64,000 nucleotides of DNA, from assembly GCA_018267385.1 (NCBI GenBank), contig JAFDYN010000008.1, forward strand, positions 259,764 to 323,763. Reading direction: 5' to 3'. The DNA is from Bacteroidota bacterium (GTDB lineage Bacteria > Bacteroidota > Bacteroidia > Chitinophagales > LD1). The position numbers were made by a program, and so were the translations under genes. The notes under the pieces are model-generated. The model saw nothing but the letters and a program-made list of their open reading frames with translations, made no database searches and was not told where the DNA came from. This document shows positions 53,790-63,325 of the stretch, piece after piece (positions within the stretch are counted from its first letter, which is position 1; each line of letters starts with the position of its first letter).

Positions 53790-55103
53790 ATGGCCAATAA
53801 ACCTGCCCTGAATGCCAACTATCCGGTCATAACCAAGTCGACGGAGATACTCAATAAAGCCAAGCAGATCATGCACCCAGTGAGCCAGACGCTCGCCAAG
53901 GGTCCCGGCCAGCACACGCGTGGCGTGGCGCCGGTCTACCTGGACCGCGGCAAGGGCAGCCACGTATGGGATGTGGATGGCAATGAATATATAGACTATA
54001 CAATGGGCGTAGGCCCGCTGTCTCTCGGCTACTGCTATGAGGCGGTAGACAATGCCATCAAGGCGCAACTGGAGAAGGGCATCACCTTCTCGCTGATGTC
54101 ACCGCTGGAGTATGAGGCTGCTGCGCTCGTGGCGTCAGTAGTGCCTAATACAGAGAGCGTGCGTATCTCCAAGACCGGCTGCGATGCGACCTCTATGGCT
54201 GTGCGCCTCTCACGTGCACACACCGGCCGCAAAAAGGTGGTCTGCTGCGGCTACCATGGCTGGCATGACTGGTACATAGGTACTACTACTCGCAACGCCG
54301 GTATCCCTGAAGAAGTGCAAGCCCTGACCAAAACTTTCTCCTATAATAATATCGACTCGTTGAAGGCTGTGCTGGATAGCGATGTGGCCTGCGTGATACT
54401 GGAGCCATACATATTTGAAGCACCTAAGGAGGGATTTCTCGAAGAGGTAGCGAGGCTGACCAAAGAGAATGGCTCGCTGCTCGTGTTTGATGAAATGTGG
54501 AGCGGATTCCGCGTGGCGCTGGGCGGTGCGCAGGAGTATTTTGGTATCAAGGCTGACCTCGCTTGCTTTAGCAAGGCGGTGGCCAATGGTATGCCTATCT
54601 CCTTCCTCACTGGTCGCAAGGATGTGATCGAGCGCGGCGAACATGATGTATTCATCTTCACCACATTTGGTGGCGAGGCGCTGTCTCTGGCTGCTACGAT
54701 CGCTACGATCAAGGAACTGAAAGAAAAGAATGTACCGGCCTATCTCGCTAAGCAAGGTGCGAAACTTAAGGCCGGCTACAACGCGCTCGTAGCAAAATAT
54801 GGCATGGAGAAGATCACCAATGCGGGTGGCTTTGACTGCCGCGGTGCGATCAATTTCCTGCCGGGAGCTGGCGATGGCCTCGTGATGAAGACGCTGATGC
54901 AGCAGGAGATGATCAAGCGCGGCATCCTCTGGGGCGGCTCACACAATATGAGTTTTAGCCATACAGATGCTGACATAGACTACACCCTGCAGGCCTACGA
55001 TGATGTGCTGCCTATCATCAAAAAGGCTGTGGCCGATGGCAACGCTAAAGAACTGCTGAAAGGCGAAGTACTGGATGTGGTGTTTAGGAAGACGAAGTAT
55101 TAA
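53790..55103 (+). CDS. Class-III (glutamate-1-semialdehyde aminomutase-like) PLP aminotransferase
   Basis: SKTGCDATSMAVRLSR, VFDEMWSGFRV, and FSKAVANGMPIS (PLP Lys). Confidence 0.8.
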   Translation: MANKPALNANYPVITKSTEILNKAKQIMHPVSQTLAKGPGQHTRGVAPVYLDRGKGSHVWDVDGNEYIDYTMGVGPLSLGYCYEAVDNAIKAQLEKGITFSLMSPLEYEAAALVASVVPNTESVRISKTGCDATSMAVRLSRAHTGRKKVVCCGYHGWHDWYIGTTTRNAGIPEEVQALTKTFSYNNIDSLKAVLDSDVACVILEPYIFEAPKEGFLEEVARLTKENGSLLVFDEMWSGFRVALGGAQEYFGIKADLACFSKAVANGMPISFLTGRKDVIERGEHDVFIFTTFGGEALSLAATIATIKELKEKNVPAYLAKQGAKLKAGYNALVAKYGMEKITNAGGFDCRGAINFLPGAGDGLVMKTLMQQEMIKRGILWGGSHNMSFSHTDADIDYTLQAYDDVLPIIKKAVADGNAKELLKGEVLDVVFRKTKY

Positions 55104-55182
55104 AAGAGACGACGGACCACGGACTACAAACGACTGAAATGCAGTCGACAGTCAACGGTCCACAGTCAACGAATAAAAGACA

Positions 55183-56037
55183 ATGGAACTTTTCTCTCTC
55201 AAAAATAAAACAGCAATCGTCACTGGCGCATGCGGCCTGATAGGCAAAGAGCACTGCCGCGCACTGGCGGAGGCTGGAGCTAATGTAGTAGTGGCTGATA
55301 TCAATCAGGATGCCTGTGATGCCTTTGCAGAGCTGCTATCCGAGCATAATACCGTAGAGGCTGGTCGCGGACCAAAAGAAAAGGTCAGCCTGGGCACACA
55401 CATGGGGCTCGCGATCAATGTGACGGATAAAGCATCTCTGGAAGCAGGCCGCGACAAAATACTGGCCCGATACGGCAGCATAGATGTGCTGATCAATAAT
55501 GCAGCGATCAATGATATGTTTGAAAACCCGGCGATGGCTGCAAAGCAATCCATGTTTGAGAACTATCCGCTGGATATGTGGCTGAAATCACTCGATGTGA
55601 ATGTAACGGGGGTATTTCTCTGCTCGCAGGTCTTCGGCACTGTGATGGCCGAGCAGGGAAAGGGCAGCATCATCAATGTGGCCTCTACCTACGGCATCGT
55701 AGGCCCCGACCAGAGCATCTACCAAAATCAAAGGGGCGAACAAACGTTTTATAAATCACCTGCCTATCCGGCTACCAAAGGTGCGGTGGTGAACTTCACC
55801 CGCTTCCTCGCGGCCTACTGGGGCGAGAAGGGGGTGCGAGTAAATACGCTATCACCGGGTGGCGTGGAGAATAGCCAGGATGAATTCTTTGTGCAGAACT
55901 ATAGCAAGAAAACAGCGCTGAAGCGGATGGCAGTACCTACGGACTATAAAGGTGCGGTGGTATTTCTCTCCAGTGATGCATCTGCCTATATGACCGGAGC
56001 AAACCTGATCGTCGATGGGGGTTGGACGGCGATGTAA
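55183..56037 (+). CDS. SDR-family oxidoreductase
   Basis: TGACGLIGK cofactor motif, NNAA, and the catalytic YPATK (YxxxK). Confidence 0.85.
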   Translation: MELFSLKNKTAIVTGACGLIGKEHCRALAEAGANVVVADINQDACDAFAELLSEHNTVEAGRGPKEKVSLGTHMGLAINVTDKASLEAGRDKILARYGSIDVLINNAAINDMFENPAMAAKQSMFENYPLDMWLKSLDVNVTGVFLCSQVFGTVMAEQGKGSIINVASTYGIVGPDQSIYQNQRGEQTFYKSPAYPATKGAVVNFTRFLAAYWGEKGVRVNTLSPGGVENSQDEFFVQNYSKKTALKRMAVPTDYKGAVVFLSSDASAYMTGANLIVDGGWTAM

Positions 56038-56080
56038 ATTTTGAGACGATAGACTTTAGACGTTAGACAATAGATAATAC

Positions 56081-56599
56081 ATGAACAGCTTTTCCTCACA
56101 TAACGCAGACGCCCTTCGGGCGAAAGCAGCAAAGATCCAGCTCCTGATCACGGATTGTGATGGGGTGCTGACGGATGGGGGCGTGTATGTATCTGCCGAG
56201 GGGGAAGAGCTGAAGAAGTTTAACCTGCGCGATGGCATGGGCGTAGAGCGTCTGCGCAAGGTGTGTGGCATAGACACGGGCATCATGACGGGAGAGAACT
56301 CTCCTATCGTATCGAAGCGTGCAGAGAAGCTGCAGATCAAGCACCTCTACCTGCATATCAAGGACAAAAAAGCCTGTCTCGCCGAGATACTGCTCATGCA
56401 TAATCTCAAGGCTGAAGAAATAGCCTACATTGGCGACGATCTGAATGACCTGGAGGTGATCCGTATGGCCGGCCTGACCGCCAGCCCGGCGGATGGCAAT
56501 AGTTTGATTAAAGAAACAGTAGATTATATTTGCGGTTTGCCCGGAGGGGCAGGCGCGTTCCGCGAGTTTGCGGAGCTCATCATAGCACTAAGAGACTAA
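56081..56599 (+). CDS. KdsC-family HAD phosphatase (ulosonate-phosphate phosphatase)
   Basis: LLITDCDGVLTDGGVY (HAD motif I) and YIGDDLNDLEV (motif IV). 172 aa, a capless C0 type. Confidence 0.8.
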   Translation: MNSFSSHNADALRAKAAKIQLLITDCDGVLTDGGVYVSAEGEELKKFNLRDGMGVERLRKVCGIDTGIMTGENSPIVSKRAEKLQIKHLYLHIKDKKACLAEILLMHNLKAEEIAYIGDDLNDLEVIRMAGLTASPADGNSLIKETVDYICGLPGGAGAFREFAELIIALRD

Positions 56600-56608
56600 A
56601 ATACATAA

Positions 56609-57484
56609 ATGCAGACTTACACATTAAAGAATGGTCGTGTGATCGGACAGGGACAGCCCTGTTTTATTATAGCCGAAATAGGACTCAACCACAATGGTTC
56701 ACTGGATATAGCCCTCCAACTGATAGATGAAGCCGTAAAGGCCGGCTGCGATGCCGTGAAGTTTCAGAAGCGTACACCTGAGGTATGCACGCCAAAGGAT
56801 CAATGGGATGTGATGCGCGAGACCCCGTGGGGCACTATGCGCTACATAGACTACCGCTACAAGGTGGAGTTTGGCAAGGATGAATACAAGACCATAGATG
56901 ACTACTGTACCAAGAAAGGCATCATCTGGTTTGCATCCTGCTGGGATGAGGAGTCTGTAGACTTCCTCGAGCAGTTCAAGCCGGCCCTCTACAAGGCTGC
57001 CTCTGCGGCGCTGACAGATATGCCACTGCTGCAAAAGAAGAAGGACACGGGCAAACCGCTGATCATCTCTACCGGTATGTCTACCATGGATGAGATCACT
57101 ACTGCCGTAGACCACATCGGTACTGAGAACCTCCTGATAGCACACTCTACCTCGTCATATCCTGCGCCGATCTCTGAGCTAAACCTCCGCATGATCAATA
57201 CCCTGCAGAGCAAATATCCTGATGTGCCTATAGGCTACTCAGGCCATGAGACAGGGCTGGCTACTACGCTGGCGGCTGTGGCTATGGGTGCTACTTTCAT
57301 TGAGCGCCACTTTACGCTGGACCGCGCTATGTGGGGCTCTGATCAGGCGGCCTCAGTAGAGCCGGTAGGCATGGCCAAGCTGGTGAAAGACATCCGCGAC
57401 ATCGAGGCCGCTATGGGCGACGGTGTGAAGAAGGTCTACGACAGCGAGCTCGGCCCGCGTGCCAAGCTGAGGAGGGTTAAGTAA
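56609..57484 (+). CDS. NeuB-family sialic/ulosonic-acid (phosphate) synthase, short form
   Basis: CFIIAEIGLNHNGSLDIALQLIDEAVKAGCDAVKFQKR, ISTGMST, GYSGHE, and IERHFTLDR. At 291 aa it is apparently too short to include a C-terminal SAF/AFP-like domain. Confidence 0.8.
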   Translation: MQTYTLKNGRVIGQGQPCFIIAEIGLNHNGSLDIALQLIDEAVKAGCDAVKFQKRTPEVCTPKDQWDVMRETPWGTMRYIDYRYKVEFGKDEYKTIDDYCTKKGIIWFASCWDEESVDFLEQFKPALYKAASAALTDMPLLQKKKDTGKPLIISTGMSTMDEITTAVDHIGTENLLIAHSTSSYPAPISELNLRMINTLQSKYPDVPIGYSGHETGLATTLAAVAMGATFIERHFTLDRAMWGSDQAASVEPVGMAKLVKDIRDIEAAMGDGVKKVYDSELGPRAKLRRVK

Positions 57485-57539
57485 GACGCTGACCACTATC
57501 ATTAGCTATATCTGGCCTCAATTTTAATTTTGCGCCATT

Positions 57540-58466
57540 ATGTTTGATACTACATTTCTTATTACTACCGGGATATTGGTTGGCTGGATCTGCATCGTGG
57601 TCACGCTGGAGCATTTGTATCCCTATACCAAAGGCGTCAAGTTTTTTCGCAAGGGTTTCTGGCTGGATATGGTTTGGTATACTTTTATCCAGAGCTACTT
57701 GCTGGGTATCCTGATCAATAGCTACATCATAGCTCCTATCAAGATCAAGCTCAACTATCACGGATCGGAGACGCTCTCGCACTGGCCTATATGGGCGCTG
57801 GTACTGTTGTTCCTTTTTACCCATGACTTTTATATCTATTGGTTTCACCGCCTGCAGCATAATACCAAATGGCTGTGGCGTACCCATGAGGCGCACCACT
57901 CAAATAAAGAGGTAGACTGGCTGGCCGGATCCCGCTCTCATGCGCTTGAGATCATTATCAATCAGACCATCGAGTTTGCCCCGATCGTACTGCTGCTCGA
58001 TGTCAAGAGTGCAGCTATAGTGGTTCCCATCAAAGCACTACTCGATGCTGTATGGGGCATCTGGATACATGCCAATATAGACGTACACTCAGGCAAGCTG
58101 CAGTACATCATCAATGGTCCTGAGATGCACCAGTGGCACCATTCAGATCATCAGGAGGTGTTTTACTCTAACTATTCTACCAAGTTTGCTTTCTGGGACT
58201 GGATCTTTGGTACAGGCTTCCTGCCCGGCCTGAGCCCGCGACAATACAAGGTGATGAAGCCTGAGAAGTTTGGTCTGCCGTATGATTTTCCACAGGACTA
58301 CTTTATGCAGCATTGGTTTGCCTTCCATCGCTTTGATGTGAAAAAGATCGAGTCCATACCCGTGGTCAGGACTTATATTGATTGGAAAAAGCCGATCCTT
58401 CGTATATTCGTGAAGGAAGATGGCGACAGCGTGACTACGCCATCCGATCCTCAGACTACTAAATGA
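57540..58466 (+). CDS. Fatty-acid hydroxylase / sterol desaturase superfamily membrane protein
   Basis: His boxes HRLQH, HEAHH and HQWHH, with multiple TM segments. Confidence 0.75.
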   Translation: MFDTTFLITTGILVGWICIVVTLEHLYPYTKGVKFFRKGFWLDMVWYTFIQSYLLGILINSYIIAPIKIKLNYHGSETLSHWPIWALVLLFLFTHDFYIYWFHRLQHNTKWLWRTHEAHHSNKEVDWLAGSRSHALEIIINQTIEFAPIVLLLDVKSAAIVVPIKALLDAVWGIWIHANIDVHSGKLQYIINGPEMHQWHHSDHQEVFYSNYSTKFAFWDWIFGTGFLPGLSPRQYKVMKPEKFGLPYDFPQDYFMQHWFAFHRFDVKKIESIPVVRTYIDWKKPILRIFVKEDGDSVTTPSDPQTTK

Positions 58467-58843
58467 CAACAGCCTGGCTATTCCTTTTCCTCGCCTCCGT
58501 GCTGGAGACCTGCTGGACCTTCACGCTGAAGGCGCTGGACATGAAAAAGGTTTTTGCCATACGCCCTGCTACACTTTTCACTGCAGAGTCTGGCCTGGCG
58601 CTCCTCCCGCTCATTATGTACATCGTCCTCGGCCTGAGCAATGTGCTGGCCATCACGCGCGCTATGAAGGAGATACCGGCTGGGACAGCCTTTGCCGTAT
58701 GGATGGGATTGGCACTGGTCATGATCAAGGCTGTAGATGTGCTTTACTTCAAAGAAGGTGTCAGCTTTCAGCAGATCGCTTTTACGGCTTGTATATTGGT
58801 AGGTATTGTTGGGTTAAAGTATTACGATACTTCGGCTGCGTGA
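58463..58843 (+). CDS. SMR/DMT-family small multidrug-resistance-type transporter
   Basis: Four hydrophobic segments. TM1 LFLASVLETCWTFTLK has the conserved membrane Glu. ATGA overlap with the upstream gene. Confidence 0.65.
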   Translation: MTTAWLFLFLASVLETCWTFTLKALDMKKVFAIRPATLFTAESGLALLPLIMYIVLGLSNVLAITRAMKEIPAGTAFAVWMGLALVMIKAVDVLYFKEGVSFQQIAFTACILVGIVGLKYYDTSAA

Positions 58844-58950
58844 GCAGAATTTGCCGAATGTTTTGAATAACTCAGGATAACACAAAGAGTTGGATTCTTG
58901 GCTCTTGAATCTTGGATCTTTTATCTCGTCCTCCGTCCCTCACCCCTTTC

Positions 58951-61317
58951 TTAAAACTCCACTTTATAGCTCAGCACAGGTATGATACCCAGATTGCGCT
59001 TGTACACGATGGCGTGTGCATAGCGGTCATAGGAGCGGTAGGCTACATTCTCGCGGTTGATCACATTCTGTATATCCAGCGATAGCATCCAGTCATACTT
59101 CTTCTTATTGCGGCGATAGTTGGCGCCGAAGTCCACGCGGAAATAATCCGGCAGGCGGATGGCGTTAGTCTGTGAGTTGTCATAGACCGTCGTGCCGGCA
59201 GCTTCAGATGCAGAGAGATCTATGGGCGTATCGCGTGTACCGCCGCGCCAGATGATCTTTGCATTTACCCCTATGCGGTTGATCTTGCGCTTGCCTACTA
59301 TAAACTCCTTGCCGCCCAGCAGGTTCATCACGTAGTTTGAGTTATAGATCGTATTGCGCCACACACCGTCGGTACCCTTGTACTTGCTATCAAAAAGAGA
59401 GAGCGTATAGAGGAAGTAATAGTTATGAGTAAAGTACTTCTCTACCGTGATCTCCAGCCCATAGTTGCGCCCCTTGCCCGTGCTCACCAGTGGCATATTC
59501 ACAAAGCCGTCATTGAGATTGATCACTGAGAAGTAGCCATTGGCCCCCACACCCACCGGCACGCTGAAGAGATACTGATAATACACCTCTGCGCGCAGGC
59601 GAAAGTCTTTTGCAAAGTTCCAGTTGTACCCCAGTACAAAGTGGGCGGAACGTGAGAAGTCCAGGTGCCTGTTTTGATTGAGGTCATAGGTAGAGCCGGC
59701 CGGGAGCTGCGACATATAGGTAGACACAGCATCCATGCGGCTATGCAGGCCGATACCTGCGGTGAGGTTCATTTTCTCTGTGAGGCGGTACTCGCCGCCT
59801 ACGCGAGGTTCCACATAGAACTTATTATTGATACCGCCATAGGTGAAGTGCAAACCGCCGGATAAGAAAAGCCTGTCAGAGAAACGATGCCGCCACTGCC
59901 AGTACCCCTCCAGCAGATACGTGAGTCCGCGCGTATCTATCTGCGTGGAGTATACGCCCGTTGTATCGTTCAGCCCATCCTGATGCAGGCGGTAGTTTAT
60001 AATCTGAAAAGAGACGCCGGCCATCACGGTATTGCGGGTATCTACCTTGCGGTTCAGATTGGTAGCGCCGCGGATATAGACATAGCGGAAGCTGTTATTT
60101 TGCAGGGGCGCTTTGATGAGCTGATTATCTACCGTGTCTTCCCCATACCCGTTGTCCGTACCGCTGAGAGAGAGCACTGACTTTAGTGACGTCTTGTGAT
60201 CTTTGAATAGAAAGGTATGCGTCACGCCCACTACTCCGACCTTCTGGCCCAGTTTCTCCTCCGTACGGTCGCTGAGTGTGACAAACTTATTAGTATCACT
60301 ACCCGCCGTATTGCCGAGGCTACTGATACCGCCTATACCAAAGAATGTGAAGTTTCCGATATGCTTTGTAGGAAATGAAAAGTTGAAAGACAGGTCCTGG
60401 TACTTCGGCACCTGATTGCCCCCTATGGGCAGGCCCATCAGCGCGAGGATATTGAGCGTAGAGTAGCGGTAGTTGATCAGATAGGAGCCTTTGTACTTCT
60501 TGCTAAAAGGCCCCTCCAGTGCCGCCTCCAGGCCTAGCACACCTACCTGCAGGGTGTACTCCCGCTTATCCTGATTGCCTTTGCGGAGATTGAGGTCAAA
60601 TACGCCGGAGGTCGCATTGCCATACTGCGCGGGGAAAGCGCCGGTGTAGAAATCCGTATTGGCCAGCATATTGGCGCTCAGTATGCTCACACCGCCCCCT
60701 GTAGAGCCCTCGCTCCCGGCAAAATGATTGGGATTAGGTATCTCGATACCCTCCATACGCCATAGCAGGCCGCGAGGTGAGTTGCCCCGTATCACGATAG
60801 CATTATTGTCATCTCCCGATGAGACCACCCCAGGGAAAGTCTGCACCATACGTGAGGGATCGTTGAGCGTACCAGCATAACGCTTGGTCTGCTCCACGGA
60901 GAAGGAAGTAGCACTGACCGTAGCAAAGTTGTTATTGGGCCTGCTTTTATCCTTGCCTCCATCTACTACCACCTCCTGCATGCTGTTCACCTTCTCCTGC
61001 ATCTCGATATTGACATAGGTCTCCTTGCCGGTACCTACCAGAATTTGCCCCATGTATGCATCCTCATACCCTATATATGTCATCTTTATATTGACACGGC
61101 CTGTGGGTAGGCCCCGGATGGCAAAAAAACCTTTGTCGTCTGTGGTAGCGCCGACCACAGGAGAAACACCAACTACTGCAACATTGACACCTACGAGCGG
61201 CTGGCGTGAATCTTTGTCTATGATGGTGCCCTTTAAAACAGAAGTGTAGGTCTGACCGTATATAAGGATAGGCACAAAGATTGCTAAGATGTGCAGTAAA
61301 AGTCTTTTCATGTACAA
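58951..61317 (-). CDS. TonB-dependent receptor with an N-terminal carboxypeptidase-regulatory-like domain
   Basis: Signal peptide. LKGTIIDKDSRQPLVGVNVAV (CarbopepD_reg). Plug region. Long beta-barrel ending in YKVEF (terminal aromatic residue). Confidence 0.85.
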   Translation of the reverse strand: MYMKRLLLHILAIFVPILIYGQTYTSVLKGTIIDKDSRQPLVGVNVAVVGVSPVVGATTDDKGFFAIRGLPTGRVNIKMTYIGYEDAYMGQILVGTGKETYVNIEMQEKVNSMQEVVVDGGKDKSRPNNNFATVSATSFSVEQTKRYAGTLNDPSRMVQTFPGVVSSGDDNNAIVIRGNSPRGLLWRMEGIEIPNPNHFAGSEGSTGGGVSILSANMLANTDFYTGAFPAQYGNATSGVFDLNLRKGNQDKREYTLQVGVLGLEAALEGPFSKKYKGSYLINYRYSTLNILALMGLPIGGNQVPKYQDLSFNFSFPTKHIGNFTFFGIGGISSLGNTAGSDTNKFVTLSDRTEEKLGQKVGVVGVTHTFLFKDHKTSLKSVLSLSGTDNGYGEDTVDNQLIKAPLQNNSFRYVYIRGATNLNRKVDTRNTVMAGVSFQIINYRLHQDGLNDTTGVYSTQIDTRGLTYLLEGYWQWRHRFSDRLFLSGGLHFTYGGINNKFYVEPRVGGEYRLTEKMNLTAGIGLHSRMDAVSTYMSQLPAGSTYDLNQNRHLDFSRSAHFVLGYNWNFAKDFRLRAEVYYQYLFSVPVGVGANGYFSVINLNDGFVNMPLVSTGKGRNYGLEITVEKYFTHNYYFLYTLSLFDSKYKGTDGVWRNTIYNSNYVMNLLGGKEFIVGKRKINRIGVNAKIIWRGGTRDTPIDLSASEAAGTTVYDNSQTNAIRLPDYFRVDFGANYRRNKKKYDWMLSLDIQNVINRENVAYRSYDRYAHAIVYKRNLGIIPVLSYKVEF

Positions 61318-61343
61318 AACTGGTCTAATTTAGCGTTTTAGTA

Positions 61344-61865
61344 ATGCATCCACCCATAATGCAGAAGAATATATTTGTGGCCCTCATGACAACGATCATC
61401 CTGCTGCTGGCAGCAGGGTGCCACCGCTGTGACAACTGCCTGCATGGCGGCTCGTGCGATGGCAATGGCGGCTGCTCCTGTGTAGATCCCTGGTCCGGTA
61501 GAAACTGTGATACCTCCTGCGTACTCGGCCTGGAGGGATACAACTGTGCCACCCCATCCAAAGTGAAGTTTTTTGGCGTGTGGAACTGTACCTCCAAAGA
61601 TCCGCTGGGCAACTCACAGAGCTACCAGATCAAATTTTCCGATACGACCAATGCCGTGAAAATGGTCATGCAGAACTTTAACAATAAGGGATACAAAGTG
61701 GTCTGTACGCTGACAGGCAAAGAACAGTTTGACGTACAGGAGCAATTCTCTACCGGCGGGCTGCGGGCTACTGTGAGCGGCAATGCCATTCTGCGGGGAG
61801 GTACCCTGACGCTATATATCACTGAAGATGGCGCTACCTACTTTGGTACTGCCAAGCTGCAGTGA
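61344..61865 (+). CDS. Lipoprotein with an EGF-like Cys-rich module
   Basis: Lipobox LLLAAGC, then CDNCLHGGSCDGNGGCSCVDPWSGRNCDTSC. Confidence 0.6.
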   Translation: MHPPIMQKNIFVALMTTIILLLAAGCHRCDNCLHGGSCDGNGGCSCVDPWSGRNCDTSCVLGLEGYNCATPSKVKFFGVWNCTSKDPLGNSQSYQIKFSDTTNAVKMVMQNFNNKGYKVVCTLTGKEQFDVQEQFSTGGLRATVSGNAILRGGTLTLYITEDGATYFGTAKLQ

Positions 61866-61910
61866 GGCCCGTCTGGCAGGTTTCCGGGATTAGTATACTT
61901 TTGCAGCTCA

Positions 61911-62633
61911 ATGAAGCAGCCGGCTCCCACAGTCATATACATAGACGATCATATCCTCATAGCTGACAAGCCGAGCGGCATCACGGTTATTCCGGAGCGG
62001 TACAATATAGAAAAACCCTCGGTACAGTCTCTATTGGAAAAGGACAGTGGCAAGCTATGGGTAGTGCACCGTATAGACCGTGAGACGACAGGTCTAGTAG
62101 CATTTGCCAGAAGTGAAGAAGCCCATAAAAACCTGTCTAAGCAGTTTGAAAACCGGGAGGTGCATAAGCTCTACAAGGCCGTCGTATCAGGCCGCATGGA
62201 GGGCGACGCGGGTGAGATAGACAGCCCCATAGCCGAGAAGCCTAATAAGCCCGGCACGATGATGATCCATCCCAAGGGCAAAGAAGCGCTGACACTTTTT
62301 GAAGTAGAGGAGCAGTTTCGCACTTGTGCCCTGCTGAATGTGGAGATCAAGACGGGCCGCACGCACCAGATCCGCGTACACTTTGCCTCTGCCGGCCATC
62401 CGCTGCTGGTAGATAGCGTCTACGGCCAGCATGACAAGTTTCTCCTGTCATCCGTCAAAAGGAAATATAAGCAGACAGATGAAGAAGAACGCCCTGTCAT
62501 CTCACGGCTCACCCTTCATGCCTCATCGCTTACTATTCACCATCCGGCTACCGGTGAGCAGATGACCTTCACCTCTCCCTTGCCCCATGATCTGGAGGCG
62601 CTGCTGAAGCTGCTGAGGAAGTACGACAAATAA
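61911..62633 (+). CDS. RluA-family pseudouridine synthase
   Basis: HRIDRETTGLVAFA (catalytic Asp) and TGRTHQIRVH. Confidence 0.88.
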   Translation: MKQPAPTVIYIDDHILIADKPSGITVIPERYNIEKPSVQSLLEKDSGKLWVVHRIDRETTGLVAFARSEEAHKNLSKQFENREVHKLYKAVVSGRMEGDAGEIDSPIAEKPNKPGTMMIHPKGKEALTLFEVEEQFRTCALLNVEIKTGRTHQIRVHFASAGHPLLVDSVYGQHDKFLLSSVKRKYKQTDEEERPVISRLTLHASSLTIHHPATGEQMTFTSPLPHDLEALLKLLRKYDK

Positions 62634-62635
62634 AA

Positions 62636-62660
62636 AGCCCGGCGCAGGTGCAGCCGGACT
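62636..62660. terminator. Weak hairpin between convergent genes
   Basis: agcccggc-gcaggtgca-gccggact (7 of 8 bp), followed by ctttt. Confidence 0.4.
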
Positions 62661-62680
62661 CTTTTACGGAAATCATATTC

Positions 62681-63229
62681 TTACTTCTTGCCGTGGCCGT
62701 GGCCACCACCGCCACCGTGTCCATTGCCATGATCCGCTGGATGATTTTCCACACGACCAGCCGGATGATTTTCTACATGGCCTACAGAGTGATTTACTTC
62801 CCGGTACTGGCCGTGCATAGGATGATCGTGTATCACGTAGTATTTCTGGTCCCTGCTCTCACGGATGAAGGGCTGGTCATGATGCCCCTTATAGACGATA
62901 TACTTGTCATGGTATACCTGGTTTCTCAGCCATGGATTAGGATCATTGATCACCACTTTGTAGCCGTGGTAGAGATCATATCCGGCAAACGCCGGAGGTA
63001 GCGCAGCCCTTCTGACCCAGATACCTCCTTCATTATACACAAAGACATGAGCGGGCACGTCATAGTACGCATCTATATCAGGCAGGTAGTAGTAGTTGAC
63101 ATAATCGTACCCTACCGGACCCCATACTGGCTGAGCGCCGATATTGACGGATACAGATACCTGAGCGTTGACCTGATGACCCGCCATCAGGCCGGCTATC
63201 AGCAGAGAGAGGATTATTAGCTTTTTCAT
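62681..63229 (-). CDS. Secreted protein with an aromatic-rich domain and a His/Gly-rich C-terminal tail
   Basis: Signal peptide. PVWGPVGYDYVNYYYLPDIDAYYDV. Tail HVENHPAGRVENHPADHGNGHGGGGGHGHGKK. Confidence 0.65.
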   Translation of the reverse strand: MKKLIILSLLIAGLMAGHQVNAQVSVSVNIGAQPVWGPVGYDYVNYYYLPDIDAYYDVPAHVFVYNEGGIWVRRAALPPAFAGYDLYHGYKVVINDPNPWLRNQVYHDKYIVYKGHHDQPFIRESRDQKYYVIHDHPMHGQYREVNHSVGHVENHPAGRVENHPADHGNGHGGGGGHGHGKK

Positions 63230-63325
63230 ATTGATGTCATTTTGTGTGACACCGCCTATAATTCCAACGGCGTGCCAATGTTAAAATGTCTTTATAGTTC
63301 CTTAACAGGAGTGGCGGTGGGGCGA

